DNA of 64,000 nucleotides from an uncultured Gammaproteobacteria bacterium (GCA_963850825.1 CAWKOQ010000015.1:406-64405), one strand, 5' to 3'; shown: positions 1-8,337, counted from the first letter of the stretch. Notes: a model not told the origin generated them from the letters alone. A program made the numbers and translations.

Positions 1-950
1 GACCGCGTCATTGCTGGGCTGTGTGCAATCTTGATGCGCCCTACCCGCTTGTTACGATCAGCCATTGTCCTGAAGCCCTCCACGATTCTCAGTTTCCATC
101 GAGCATTGGTGAAACGTAAGTACCGCCTGCTGTTCACGCCGAAAAACCGTGGCAAGCCGGGTCCCACAGGACCTTCTCCAGAACTCATTTCAGCAATCGT
201 CGAGATGAAACGCAGAAACCCGAGCTTCGGCTACCAGCGCATTGCCGACCAGATCTCCCTGGTCTTCGATATCGAGATTGATAAGGATGTGGTACGGCGC
301 GTGCTGGCCAAGCACTACCGACCGGAGCCTGGATCTAACGGTCCGTCCTGGCTCACTTTCCTCGGCCACAGCAAAGACAGTTTATGGAGTGTGGACCTTT
401 TCCGATGTGAATCGCTGATCCTCAAGTCCCACTGGGTGATGGTCGTCATGGATCAATACACCCGGCGAATCATCGGATTCGCTGTCCATTCCGGCGTAGT
501 CGATGGACCCACAGTCTGCCGTATGTTCAACAGCATCATCGGGGATCTATAGGGCCCCAGATATCTGAGCTCGGACAATGACCCGCTATTCCAATTCCAC
601 CGATGGAACGCCAATCTCCGAATTCTCGACGTGACGGAGGTGAAGACTGTGCCTTACGTTCCTTTGTCGCATCCTTTTGTCGAAAGACTGATCGGCACAA
701 TACGACGAGAGTATCTCGATCAGGTACCGTTCTGGAGTGCTCGCGATCTGGAACGGAAATTGCTTCTGTTTAAAGAGTATTACAACAAGATCGTGTTCAC
801 CGAGGGCTCGACGGCGCTCCGCCCGACGAACAAGGCGGTATCACGGATCGAAGGTCGCTCGCCTGGACGATTACGTTGGCAAAAGCACTGCCGCGGTTTG
901 TATCAGCTGCCAGTAGCGGCTTGAATTCTAATTCGCACCCAACAGGTGCC
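1..950 (+). mobile_element. Insertion-sequence remnant carrying a disrupted DDE transposase; termini not resolved (left end may lie outside the window)
   Basis: The transposase frame 31-924 fills the segment. It ends 26 nt from the stop of the convergent peroxidase gene. I could not identify convincing terminal inverted repeats. Confidence 0.4.
31..924 (+). pseudogene. DDE (rve/integrase-core) transposase interrupted by an in-frame TAG at 550-552
   Basis: ORFs 31-552 and 631-924 are in the same frame. The joined translation reads ...HWVMVVMDQYTRRIIGF...IIGDL*GPRYLSSDNDPLFQFHRW...VPYVPLSHPFVERLIGTIRREYLD, a typical integrase-core layout. Confidence 0.7.
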
Positions 951-2306
951 CTACTCCGCCACCGGAATACCACTCGGCACCGATGCCGGCACGTCACTGC
1001 GAAGGTCGATGCTGCCCCGGTCCGTCAATGCGCGCAGGAAGTCGAGGAGATTCTCAAAGTCTTCGTCTGAGAGGTAACGCGGTGCAAGCTCGCTTGCCGC
1101 CGCGATACCCGATCGCAGCTGCACGTCCTGCATCACCTCGAAATCAAGCACGTCCAAATCGGCACGCGGCGCGAGCTTTGCCTGGCTTGGGTCATAGCTG
1201 TGCAGCGAGCCTGCGGTATCGAGATGATGGCGCACCATCGCCTCCAGCGTGTCGAAGGCGCCGGAATGGCCATAGGGCGCGGTGAGCTCAACGTTACGCA
1301 GGGTCGGCACGCGGAACTTGAAGCGATCCGCCGGGTTCAAAGTGACCCGTTCGCGACCAAAATCCTCACGGCCGCTCGGCCCGTCTCCTTTGCCGGGACC
1401 AATCTGCGGCATACCGATGGCATAAAAGGAATGATCGGTTTGGAAAGGTCCGCTGTGGCAGGACGCACAATCGCCACGGTTGCGCCGATAGAACACGCGC
1501 ATACCACGGCGCTGGCGGCCGCTCATTGCCTGCACATCGCCGCGCAGATATCGATCGAACGCACTATTGTCCGCGCGCCAGGCCGCCGCTTCGAACGCGG
1601 CAATGGCATTGGCAATATGCACATAGCTGATGTCCTCCGGGTCGGCCAGGCCGAACACGCTCGTAAATCGGTCAACGTAGTCGTCGATGCCGCGCAGGCG
1701 TTCCGCAAGCTGCGCCCAGACACCGTCAAGACCGGCTAGGTCACCCGCTGCTGCGGCATCCGCAATCGGGTTTTCGCCGGGCTGACCGGCCATCTCTGCC
1801 CCGGAGGTCACCGGGAACATCGCCTGCACGGCCAAAACATTGTCCAGCCCGTAGGGCAGGTCGTCACCTGCCGGTGAAAGGAAACCGGAAGGCTGCGAAG
1901 GATCGACCGCAATGCGCCCATCGTGAAACATCACGCGAAACTGCCGGGCGCCGAGGTTAAACACCGGTGGTGCGTTGCGTGGCACACGTTCGTGAACAGC
2001 GCTTGCGCCAGCACCGTTGTTGCGGGTCACGCCAAGCCCAATGCCGCCCTCACCTACCGGCAGCGACAGGCCGTCGCCAGTTCCTGCTAGCGAGTGATGA
2101 CAACTTGCACAGGAGATATTAAAATTGCCCGACAATATCTTGTCGAAGAACAAAAGCCTGCCAAGCTCCACTTTTTCTGCGTCAGGCTCACCGTTATCGT
2201 AGTAGTCGTGGTCGCTCGGCGGGTCCGGCAACCAGTGACCACCAGCCAGCGCCGGCGCAGCACAGATGAGAAGCAGCAATGAGAAGATGTTGGCGATTCT
2301 ATTCAT
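951..2306 (-). CDS. Di-haem cytochrome c peroxidase (CCP/MauG family), secreted
   Basis: 451 aa with signal peptide MNRIANIFSLLLLICAAPALA. Two haem-c motifs are present, CASCHH and CASCHSG. Confidence 0.85.
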   Translation of the reverse strand: MNRIANIFSLLLLICAAPALAGGHWLPDPPSDHDYYDNGEPDAEKVELGRLLFFDKILSGNFNISCASCHHSLAGTGDGLSLPVGEGGIGLGVTRNNGAGASAVHERVPRNAPPVFNLGARQFRVMFHDGRIAVDPSQPSGFLSPAGDDLPYGLDNVLAVQAMFPVTSGAEMAGQPGENPIADAAAAGDLAGLDGVWAQLAERLRGIDDYVDRFTSVFGLADPEDISYVHIANAIAAFEAAAWRADNSAFDRYLRGDVQAMSGRQRRGMRVFYRRNRGDCASCHSGPFQTDHSFYAIGMPQIGPGKGDGPSGREDFGRERVTLNPADRFKFRVPTLRNVELTAPYGHSGAFDTLEAMVRHHLDTAGSLHSYDPSQAKLAPRADLDVLDFEVMQDVQLRSGIAAASELAPRYLSDEDFENLLDFLRALTDRGSIDLRSDVPASVPSGIPVAE

Positions 2307-2315
2307 GATGTTTCC

Positions 2316-2332
2316 TCGTTCATAGTAAGACT
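2316..2332 (+). promoter_or_regulatory. Operator-like 17-mer, weak copy (13/17 to consensus)
   Basis: TCGTTCATAGTAAGACT lies 9 nt upstream of the peroxidase ATG (2306). Its reverse complement shares 13 contiguous nt with the site at 42070-42086. Confidence 0.4.
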
Positions 2333-2665
2333 TGGCGTTACTAACGCCTGCGTATTTTTCGGTGACCTACCGACCAGCCGTCACCGAGTTTCCGGGCAAG
2401 GTGGCAGGATTCGCCAAGCCGCATCGCACCCCGGGAAATATCTCACCTCACCTTCGTTAGCGTCTGCATGCTGCGAATCACCTCATCGGAGTCAACGGTC
2501 ATTCTGGACAATTCCCGGGCACATCATTCGCCTACCGAGAAAAGCCGGCGAATCACCTGCGTCAACACACTCTTTGCTGGCACGGCATTGAGAAAGCACG
2601 GCGTCGTCGGTCGCCACACCGCTTATTGCAAAGTTGTGCGTATACAGACAAAGGCAGATCACAGC

Positions 2666-2693
2666 ACGCAGGCGATAGTCATATCGCCTGCGT
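2666..2693. other. Perfect 12-bp stem / 4-nt loop hairpin in a non-coding gap
   Basis: ACGCAGGCGATA-GTCA-TATCGCCTGCGT, followed on the + strand by TTTG only, so it is not a canonical terminator. Confidence 0.5.
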
Positions 2694-2965
2694 TTGCTGC
2701 TGCGCCCCCGACTCTGGCGCAGCGTTCGGCTGCTGTGAAGCCGGTTTACGAATCCCATCGTCCGTCACCTTTGTCCGAATGCTTACCTGCACATACAGCA
2801 AGCAAAACAAAAAGGGGTCATCGGGCGGTCAAAAAAAGAATCAACGCTCAGATCAATGCAACTGAAAAGCGCGTACGCCTATCTCGCGCAGATTACGAGG
2901 GGTTTAACTCCACTACCACGGACGGCTGAGCTAGGTCTTGAATATGCTTCATGGGCAATATTCAC

Positions 2966-3235
2966 TCAGGCGACCCGCCTCGCCTTTGCCGCTTTATCCA
3001 AATCGTATGAAGCCTGAAGGTTCATCCACAGTTTCGGTGACGTACCCAAGGCGTCAGCCAGATCTAATGCCGCTGCCGCGGTGATACCCCGCTTCCCCTT
3101 GATGAGTTCGTTTAGGCGAGTTTTCGTCCAGCCAATTTTTTCTGCGAGAGCTGCCTGCGTAACACCCTTGGGCTCAAGAAACTCCTCAAGCAATATCTCA
3201 CCGGGATGGGACGGATTTTTGGGTTGTCTGGCCAT
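2966..3235 (-). CDS. higA: HigA-type XRE-family antitoxin / HTH regulator (orphan; no intact higB upstream)
   Basis: MARQPKNPSHPGEILLEEFLEP...GVTQAALAEKIGWTKTRLNELIKGKRGIT matches the HigA/VapI pattern. I prefer the ATG at 3235 over the TTG at 3256. Confidence 0.8.
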   Translation of the reverse strand: MARQPKNPSHPGEILLEEFLEPKGVTQAALAEKIGWTKTRLNELIKGKRGITAAAALDLADALGTSPKLWMNLQASYDLDKAAKARRVA

Positions 3236-3253
3236 TGCGTATCCGCCGGCTCT

Positions 3254-3283
3254 CAATATTGGCTTTGAGCTGCCACAATATTG
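3254..3283. promoter_or_regulatory. Two copies of the 8-bp palindrome CAATATTG, 22 bp centre to centre, just upstream of higA
   Basis: CAATATTG occurs at 3254-3261 and 3276-3283. HigA-type antitoxins typically autoregulate through palindromes in their own promoter. Confidence 0.45.
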
Positions 3284-3479
3284 CCACAGCGCGAACGTGA
3301 TCCAGCGTGATTTAGCGTGATTAAGATGTGAACGAAAAATACCGTATGTGATTGTTATTATTCGTGATATTCTCGTAAGCTATCGATAACAAACGAGTGT
3401 GAAATTGTTTTCGGGAGGAAGGGGCCCACTCAATAGAAACGTTGCGCCAACCGAACACGATTTCTTACTGACATGCTCG

Positions 3480-3502
3480 TTCAAATCTTCTCACCCCGAC
3501 CA
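3480..3502 (+). other. tRNA 3'-end-like fragment (possible integration/att scar)
   Basis: TTCAAAT-CTTCT-CACCCCG-A-CCA has the exact geometry of T-loop, T-stem 3' strand, acceptor 3' strand, discriminator and CCA. The 5' T-stem partner (GCTCG) is not complementary and there is no cloverleaf upstream. Confidence 0.3.
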
Positions 3503-3582
3503 TTTTGTTCGATTAAGTATCTAATGTCGTTTAACGCATCGTACTCGGCATTGCGTGTCCTATCTAACGAGTCGAACAATTA

Positions 3583-3603
3583 CAGAATCGCTAAGCGATT
3601 CTG
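3583..3603. other. Perfect 21-bp palindrome (9-bp arms, 3-nt centre)
   Basis: CAGAATCGC-TAA-GCGATTCTG in the AT-rich non-coding gap. Confidence 0.5.
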
Positions 3604-3958
3604 ACTACATGGCACCCCCGCAAATACCCGCGATATTTTTGTAACCGCTAGTTTTCGAAAACCAAGCCACTGTCTGAGTATGGCAGCTGTCTTTCCTGAG
3701 CACGTCGCAGGCCGTGCGCCTTGGCAATACCGCAAATCTCCGCTCTCATCATATTCGGCACTCCGGTGCCCTGCCTGAACTATTGACACATTTTGAGTTG
3801 TCACCGCTGCCCTGTTCCGTGGCACCATGACAGGTGTAAATCTTCACTTTTGCCGAAATGTTGGCCGTCCCGCATTACGCTACGTCGCGGCGCATAACGA
3901 CAGTGAATGACAAAACGTCAATTCGTCACCACTATGTTCCACCAATCGGGAGTTTGCG

Positions 3959-4294
3959 ATGAAATCAAACTGGTTTGCTGCAGGTGCCATCGCTGGTGCG
4001 GTCGGTGTAGCGCTCGGCGCTTTCGGTGCGCACGCGCTGAAATCCAGGGTGACCGAAGACCTCCTGGCCGTTTTTGAAATTGGCGTTCGCTATCAGATGT
4101 ACCATGCACTGGCTTTGTTCGCCGTCGCCTGGGCCGCGGAACGCTGGCCAGGTAACTGGATCAATGCGTCGGGATGGCTTTTCATGATTGGGATTCTTGT
4201 GTTCTCCGGCAGCCTGTATCTGATGACGCTCAGCGGTGTGCGCTGGTTGGGTGCGATTACGCCAATAGGCGGACTGTTTTTTATTTTCGGCTAG
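3959..4294 (+). CDS. DUF423 (YgdD-like) small membrane protein, ending at a premature TAG that replaces a conserved Trp codon
   Basis: GAFGAH motif, 4 TM pattern, and GGGAG Shine-Dalgarno before the ATG. The reading ...TPIGGLFFIFG*IALAVGALRGS* continues in frame to 4330. Confidence 0.8.
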   Translation: MKSNWFAAGAIAGAVGVALGAFGAHALKSRVTEDLLAVFEIGVRYQMYHALALFAVAWAAERWPGNWINASGWLFMIGILVFSGSLYLMTLSGVRWLGAITPIGGLFFIFG

Positions 4295-4344
4295 ATAGCA
4301 TTGGCCGTGGGTGCTTTGCGTGGCAGCTAGTTATCGTCGCGTGA

Positions 4345-4539
4345 TATTCGCCGGCTTTGCAGGTGCTGGCTACGTCGGCAGCTCCTTTAAACGACGTTCG
4401 GGAACGCGAAGCGATCCCCAGCTACGGTGTTGACCTTCGGTTCACGGTGCTGACGGCCAAACGTATCAATCTGCGGCTGGACTATGCCCGGTCGACAGAT
4501 AGTGACGCAATTCATGTCTCGGTCGGGGAGTCGTACTAG
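4345..4539 (+). pseudogene. C-terminal stub of an Omp85/surface-antigen-type beta-barrel protein
   Basis: ...GVDLRFTVLTAKRINLRLDYARSTDSDAIHVSVGESY* resembles the last strands of such barrels, including a C-terminal aromatic residue. No N-terminal part is present. Confidence 0.3.
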
Positions 4540-4753
4540 AAGCGCATGTGGGACTTTTGCGGGAGTCAGTCCTGCATCGTTCTGCACAATACTGCAATCT
4601 TGTCCGTGAACGCCTCCTGATCAGTCAATAAAACCCTGCCTTCGGAGTGCAACCCAGATAGGCGGTGTTAAAAGGGGTCAGTCGTAGAAGTGGGTCAAGA
4701 ACACTGCAGACCGCACAGGATATGGGCGCTATTCTACGCTTCTTCAGACCAGG

Positions 4754-5767
4754 TCACAGAAGCTCTGCCGCAAGTCTTGCCAGCCTGGGGGCGAGTGCAC
4801 CGTAGTCAAACGCCTTCCTGCTCGATGCATTGCCGTCGATGGCACGCTTCAGAACGCCCTGCAGAATTGCCGCCAGCCGAAAGAAACTGAAGACGATGTA
4901 GAAGTCCCAGTTCGGAATGCCAGCGAGGCCACGTCGGCGACAATACGCGGCAACATACTCTTCTTCGGTCGGAATGCCGAGCGGAGCTCGTTCGACCTCG
5001 CCGAGCCCCGCCACGGCCTCGTTCGATCCGATCCGCAGCTGCATGCACTGGTACGCCAGATCCGCGTAGGGGTGCCCCAGCGTCGATAATTCCCAATCGA
5101 GTAACGCCAGCGCGTCGGGACTATTCGGGTGGAAGATAATGTTGTCCATCCGGTAGTCCCCGTGAATCACGCTAACCTGCCCATCGTCGTCCGGCATGTT
5201 CGCGGGAAGCCACTCGATGAGACGATCCATGGCCTCGATCGTCTCCGTTTCTGACGCACGATATTGTTTGCTCCACCGTCCGACCTGGCGCTCGAAGTAA
5301 CTTCCCGGGCGACCGTAATCAGCAAGACCGACCGCGTCGATATTAACGTCATGGAGCGACGCCAGCACGCGATTCATCTCGTCATACAAGCGGCCACGTT
5401 CGTCCCGGTTAACCTCCGGCAACGCCGGGTTCCAGAAAATTCGGCCATCTTCGAAACTCATGACGTAGAACATGCTGCCGACAATTTCCGGGTCTTCGCA
5501 CAGATGGTAAGCGCGCGCCACCGGCACGTCCGAGTCCGCGAGGGCCCGGATCACCCGATACTCGCGATCCACCGCGTGGGCCGATTTCAACAGCACGCCG
5601 GGTGGCTGCTTGCGCAACACGTATTGCCCGGAATCAGCGCTCAACCGGAATGTGGGGTTCGACTGACCGCCGGCGAACTTCGTGGCGTTCCGAAGCCCTT
5701 TGAACCCTCCGATTCGTGCCTCGAGATAGGCCCCGAGCGATTGCAGATCGAGCGTATCGACGTTCAT
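4754..5767 (-). CDS. APH/choline-kinase-fold phosphotransferase (LvaA-like / ACAD10-11 kinase-domain-like)
   Basis: 337 aa with catalytic loop HGDYRMDNIIF and a following DWE. It sits immediately downstream of an ACAD10/11-type dehydrogenase. Confidence 0.85.
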   Translation of the reverse strand: MNVDTLDLQSLGAYLEARIGGFKGLRNATKFAGGQSNPTFRLSADSGQYVLRKQPPGVLLKSAHAVDREYRVIRALADSDVPVARAYHLCEDPEIVGSMFYVMSFEDGRIFWNPALPEVNRDERGRLYDEMNRVLASLHDVNIDAVGLADYGRPGSYFERQVGRWSKQYRASETETIEAMDRLIEWLPANMPDDDGQVSVIHGDYRMDNIIFHPNSPDALALLDWELSTLGHPYADLAYQCMQLRIGSNEAVAGLGEVERAPLGIPTEEEYVAAYCRRRGLAGIPNWDFYIVFSFFRLAAILQGVLKRAIDGNASSRKAFDYGALAPRLARLAAELL

Positions 5768-5773
5768 GACCGG

Positions 5774-6994
5774 TCAACCTGCATGGCGCTTAATGATCTG
5801 CTTGCCCAGCGCCATCATATGCACCTCGTCAGGCCCGTCAGCCAGGCGACACCATCGCGCGTAGTTGAACGCGTCGGCCATGAACCAGTCGCCAGTCAGG
5901 CCGCCGGCGCCATGCATCTGAATTGCGCGGTCAATGACAGTCTGCGCCATGACCGGCACCGTGATCTTGGTTGCGGCAATCAGATCTCTTGCCTCTTTGC
6001 TGCCCTCCCGATCCATCTTGTCGGCAGTCAATAGTGTCAACAATCTTGCCTGCTCGATTTCAGCAAAGGACTTCGCAATCCCCTCTCGCACGGACTGATG
6101 TTCGCCAATCTTGCGGCCGAATGTGCTGCGCGAGTCAACTCGCTGGCAAGCCAGTTCCATTGAACGCTGTGCGCAGCCGATCAGTCGCATGCAGTGGTGA
6201 ATGCGGCCCGGCCCCAGGCGCCCCTGGGCGATTTCGAAGCCGCGGCCTTCGCCAAGCAATATATTCGCGGCAGGCACCCGCACGTTGTCGAAACTGACCT
6301 CCGCGTGCCCCAATGGTGCGTCGTCGTATCCCAGCGTGCGCAGCGGCCTGACAACCGTCACGCCCGGCGTGTCACGTGGCACCAGGATTTGCGACTGCTG
6401 CACATGCCGGTTTGGGTTGTCCGGATCTGACTTGCCCATGACGATCATGATCCTGCAATTCTCGTGCATCGCGCCTGTAATGAACCACTTTCTGCCATTC
6501 ACGAGGTAATCATCACCGTCCCTGGTAATGGAACACTCGATATTGGTCGCGTCCGACGACGCGACGGCCGGCTCCGTCATTGCGTAGGCGGATCGTATTT
6601 GCCCCTCCAGCAGCGGCGTAAGCCATCGCGCCTGTTGTTCCGGGGTTGCGTACTTCATGAAGACTTCCATGTTTCCCGTATCCGGCGCACTGCAGTTGAA
6701 CGCTTCCGGTGCCCACAGGACGCGACCCATGGTTTCGGCGAGCGGTGCGTATTCGAGGTTGCTCAGGCCTTTGCCGCCGTATTCTTTGTGGTCTTTGTCA
6801 ATGAACAGGTTCCACAAGCCCGCAGCCTTCGCCTGCGCCTTAAGCTCCACCATGACCGGTGGCGTTGCCCAGCGACTGTAGGCGTTTTCGACTTGCTCGG
6901 TGTAGAGATGCTCGACTGGGTAAACGTGCTCCTGCATGAATGCCTGGAGCGCGTCTTTGAGCGCATTTACGTCATCACTGAATCTAAATAGCAT
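5774..6994 (-). CDS. Acyl-CoA dehydrogenase, ACAD10/11-(FadE2)-like
   Basis: 406 aa. Characteristic stretches are GLWNLF, CSAPDTGNMEV, AMTEPAVASSDATNI and GPGRIHHCMR. Confidence 0.9.
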   Translation of the reverse strand: MLFRFSDDVNALKDALQAFMQEHVYPVEHLYTEQVENAYSRWATPPVMVELKAQAKAAGLWNLFIDKDHKEYGGKGLSNLEYAPLAETMGRVLWAPEAFNCSAPDTGNMEVFMKYATPEQQARWLTPLLEGQIRSAYAMTEPAVASSDATNIECSITRDGDDYLVNGRKWFITGAMHENCRIMIVMGKSDPDNPNRHVQQSQILVPRDTPGVTVVRPLRTLGYDDAPLGHAEVSFDNVRVPAANILLGEGRGFEIAQGRLGPGRIHHCMRLIGCAQRSMELACQRVDSRSTFGRKIGEHQSVREGIAKSFAEIEQARLLTLLTADKMDREGSKEARDLIAATKITVPVMAQTVIDRAIQMHGAGGLTGDWFMADAFNYARWCRLADGPDEVHMMALGKQIIKRHAG

Positions 6995-7037
6995 CTGCTG
7001 TCACCTTATGAACTCCCGAATGTTTCTCTCTTGCAAC

Positions 7038-7235
7038 TTACATGTTGGCGATGCAGTGGCCACCGTCGACCGGCAAGGCCACACCATTGATGAACTTGCC
7101 TGCGTCGCTCGCAAGCAACATGAACGGCGCGCTGATTTCTTCCATCTTCCCAGGCCTTCGCGCCGGCGTACTTTGCAGATTCTCCTTACCTGCCTGCGTC
7201 ATCGGATATTTCTCCTCGTGTCCCGGGCTCGACAA
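7038..7235 (-). pseudogene. C-terminal ~55-aa stub of a short-chain dehydrogenase
   Basis: ...PARRPGKMEEISAPFMLLASDAGKFINGVALPVDGGH is the canonical SDR C-terminus. The Rossmann and catalytic parts are absent. Confidence 0.45.
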
Positions 7236-7236
7236 A

Positions 7237-7926
7237 CTAACTGTAGGTCAGTAACCATGATCGCTTTGGGCTGGCGAAATGAGGAACCGTATTGAACGTG
7301 GCCAGCTTGATGTTCTGATGATCACAGTAGAATCGGGTAATGCTCGTATTCAGCAACTGCATGTTCAGATCGAATACTCTTCCGGGCGAAAGACCTAGCA
7401 CAGATCCGACGAACATGCTGATCGCGCCGCCGGAAGTCATCACGATAATTCGTCGCGCGCCTGAAGACATGTCTTGCAGCTCGGCGCGCGCATCCGCCAC
7501 ACGTTGCTGAAACGCATTCCAGGATTCCGGCGCGCCGTCGAGTTCATTGACAGACCAACTGGTAAGCACGCGTCGTAACAGGCGAAAGAACGCCTTGCGG
7601 TCCTGCGGAGAAGTCTTTCTAGCCAACACCAATTCATCCTCGGCATGCAAGTCACAATAGATCTCAAGCATCGCGCGAAAATCGTACTCATTGAGCCCCT
7701 CATGAGTCTTTACAGGGCCGCCGGTCTGCACAACGTTCAATATTTCGTCGAGCGTCTGTCGGTGCCGCTGCATCGCACCGGACAGCGCACCGTCAAACCT
7801 GATGTCGTGCTCGGCAAGATATGCCCCCAGAATACGGGACTGTTCGACACCCAGCTCAGACAGCTCGTCGTAGTTATCAGCAGAAAACGACGCCTGAGCA
7901 TGCCGGATAAGAAAAATTTCGCTCAA
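7237..7926 (-). CDS. Histidine phosphatase (phosphoglycerate-mutase-like) family protein
   Basis: N-terminal LIRHAQASF contains the RHG-type motif. 229 aa with a TTG start. Confidence 0.8.
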   Translation of the reverse strand: MSEIFLIRHAQASFSADNYDELSELGVEQSRILGAYLAEHDIRFDGALSGAMQRHRQTLDEILNVVQTGGPVKTHEGLNEYDFRAMLEIYCDLHAEDELVLARKTSPQDRKAFFRLLRRVLTSWSVNELDGAPESWNAFQQRVADARAELQDMSSGARRIIVMTSGGAISMFVGSVLGLSPGRVFDLNMQLLNTSITRFYCDHQNIKLATFNTVPHFASPKRSWLLTYS

Positions 7927-7969
7927 TGATCCATCTTGTTGCGAGCAATATGAATTGCGATCATACTAT

Positions 7970-7986
7970 AATCTAATTATGCAAGT
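7970..7986 (-). promoter_or_regulatory. Operator-like 17-mer (16/17)
   Basis: + strand AATCTAATTATGCAAGT, reverse complement ACTTGCATAATTAGATT. It sits in the divergent gap between starts 7926 (-) and 8002 (+). Confidence 0.7.
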
Positions 7987-8001
7987 CACTAACGTGAACC
8001 G

Positions 8002-8337
8002 ATGGTGAAAACAGCTAACCACCCAGATTTTCCTGCGCAGCTCGCTGCGACAATCGAATGTCGCTGGGCGAACAAACTCTTCGAATATAAGCAGGACAAG
8101 AACACTTCGCATTGGGACGTGCATATCCCGAGCGTCACCTCCGACACGGCCGGCGGTGGCACCGGGCTACCATCACAGCGCGAATGCCTCGAGCTGATCG
8201 ACCGTTACGTCGCCAGAAAGATCGATAATTTCGTGGAGCTCTGCGCTATCGCCGTTCTTGCAAACGAGATTTCCTTCCGCGGCGCACTATGTGCACAGGA
8301 GTGGATCGATGCTCACGCGAGCCTGAAGTCCCGATAA
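8002..8337 (+). CDS. Hypothetical protein (no family recognised)
   Basis: 111-aa ORF whose TAA overlaps the ATG of the next gene (TAATG). No motif recognised. Confidence 0.4.
   Translation: MVKTANHPDFPAQLAATIECRWANKLFEYKQDKNTSHWDVHIPSVTSDTAGGGTGLPSQRECLELIDRYVARKIDNFVELCAIAVLANEISFRGALCAQEWIDAHASLKSR

Noticed and set aside
2468-2929. A 153-aa + strand ORF, and the overlapping 2492-2758 minus ORF, in the 660-bp gap between the peroxidase and higA.
   Set aside because: There are no recognisable motifs, the composition is poor, and there is no Shine-Dalgarno sequence. The region contains a strong hairpin and looks non-coding or decayed.
3257-3420. A possible decayed higB toxin upstream of higA, such as the in-frame stretch ...SRWITFALWQY...
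   Set aside because: The resemblance to the HigB C-terminus (W-R-I-T-F) covers only 4-5 residues. All three frames lack the rest of the RelE/HigB fold and contain stops.
3426-3502. A complete tRNA gene ending at the CCA at 3500-3502.
   Set aside because: The upstream 55 nt cannot form an acceptor stem (no CGGGGTG) or a T-stem (GCTCG versus the required AGAAG). Only the 3' 23 nt look tRNA-like, so I report it as a fragment.
550-4294. The idea that TAG is recoded (for example to pyrrolysine, or as a sense codon), because two genes carry in-frame TAG.
   Set aside because: TAG clearly functions as the terminator of several well-defined genes here. Examples are the oxygenase at 10382-10384, the FAD oxidoreductase at 17460-17462, the PlsB-like gene at 29666-29668 and WS/DGAT at 29665-29667 on the minus strand. 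Point mutation or sequencing error is the simpler explanation.
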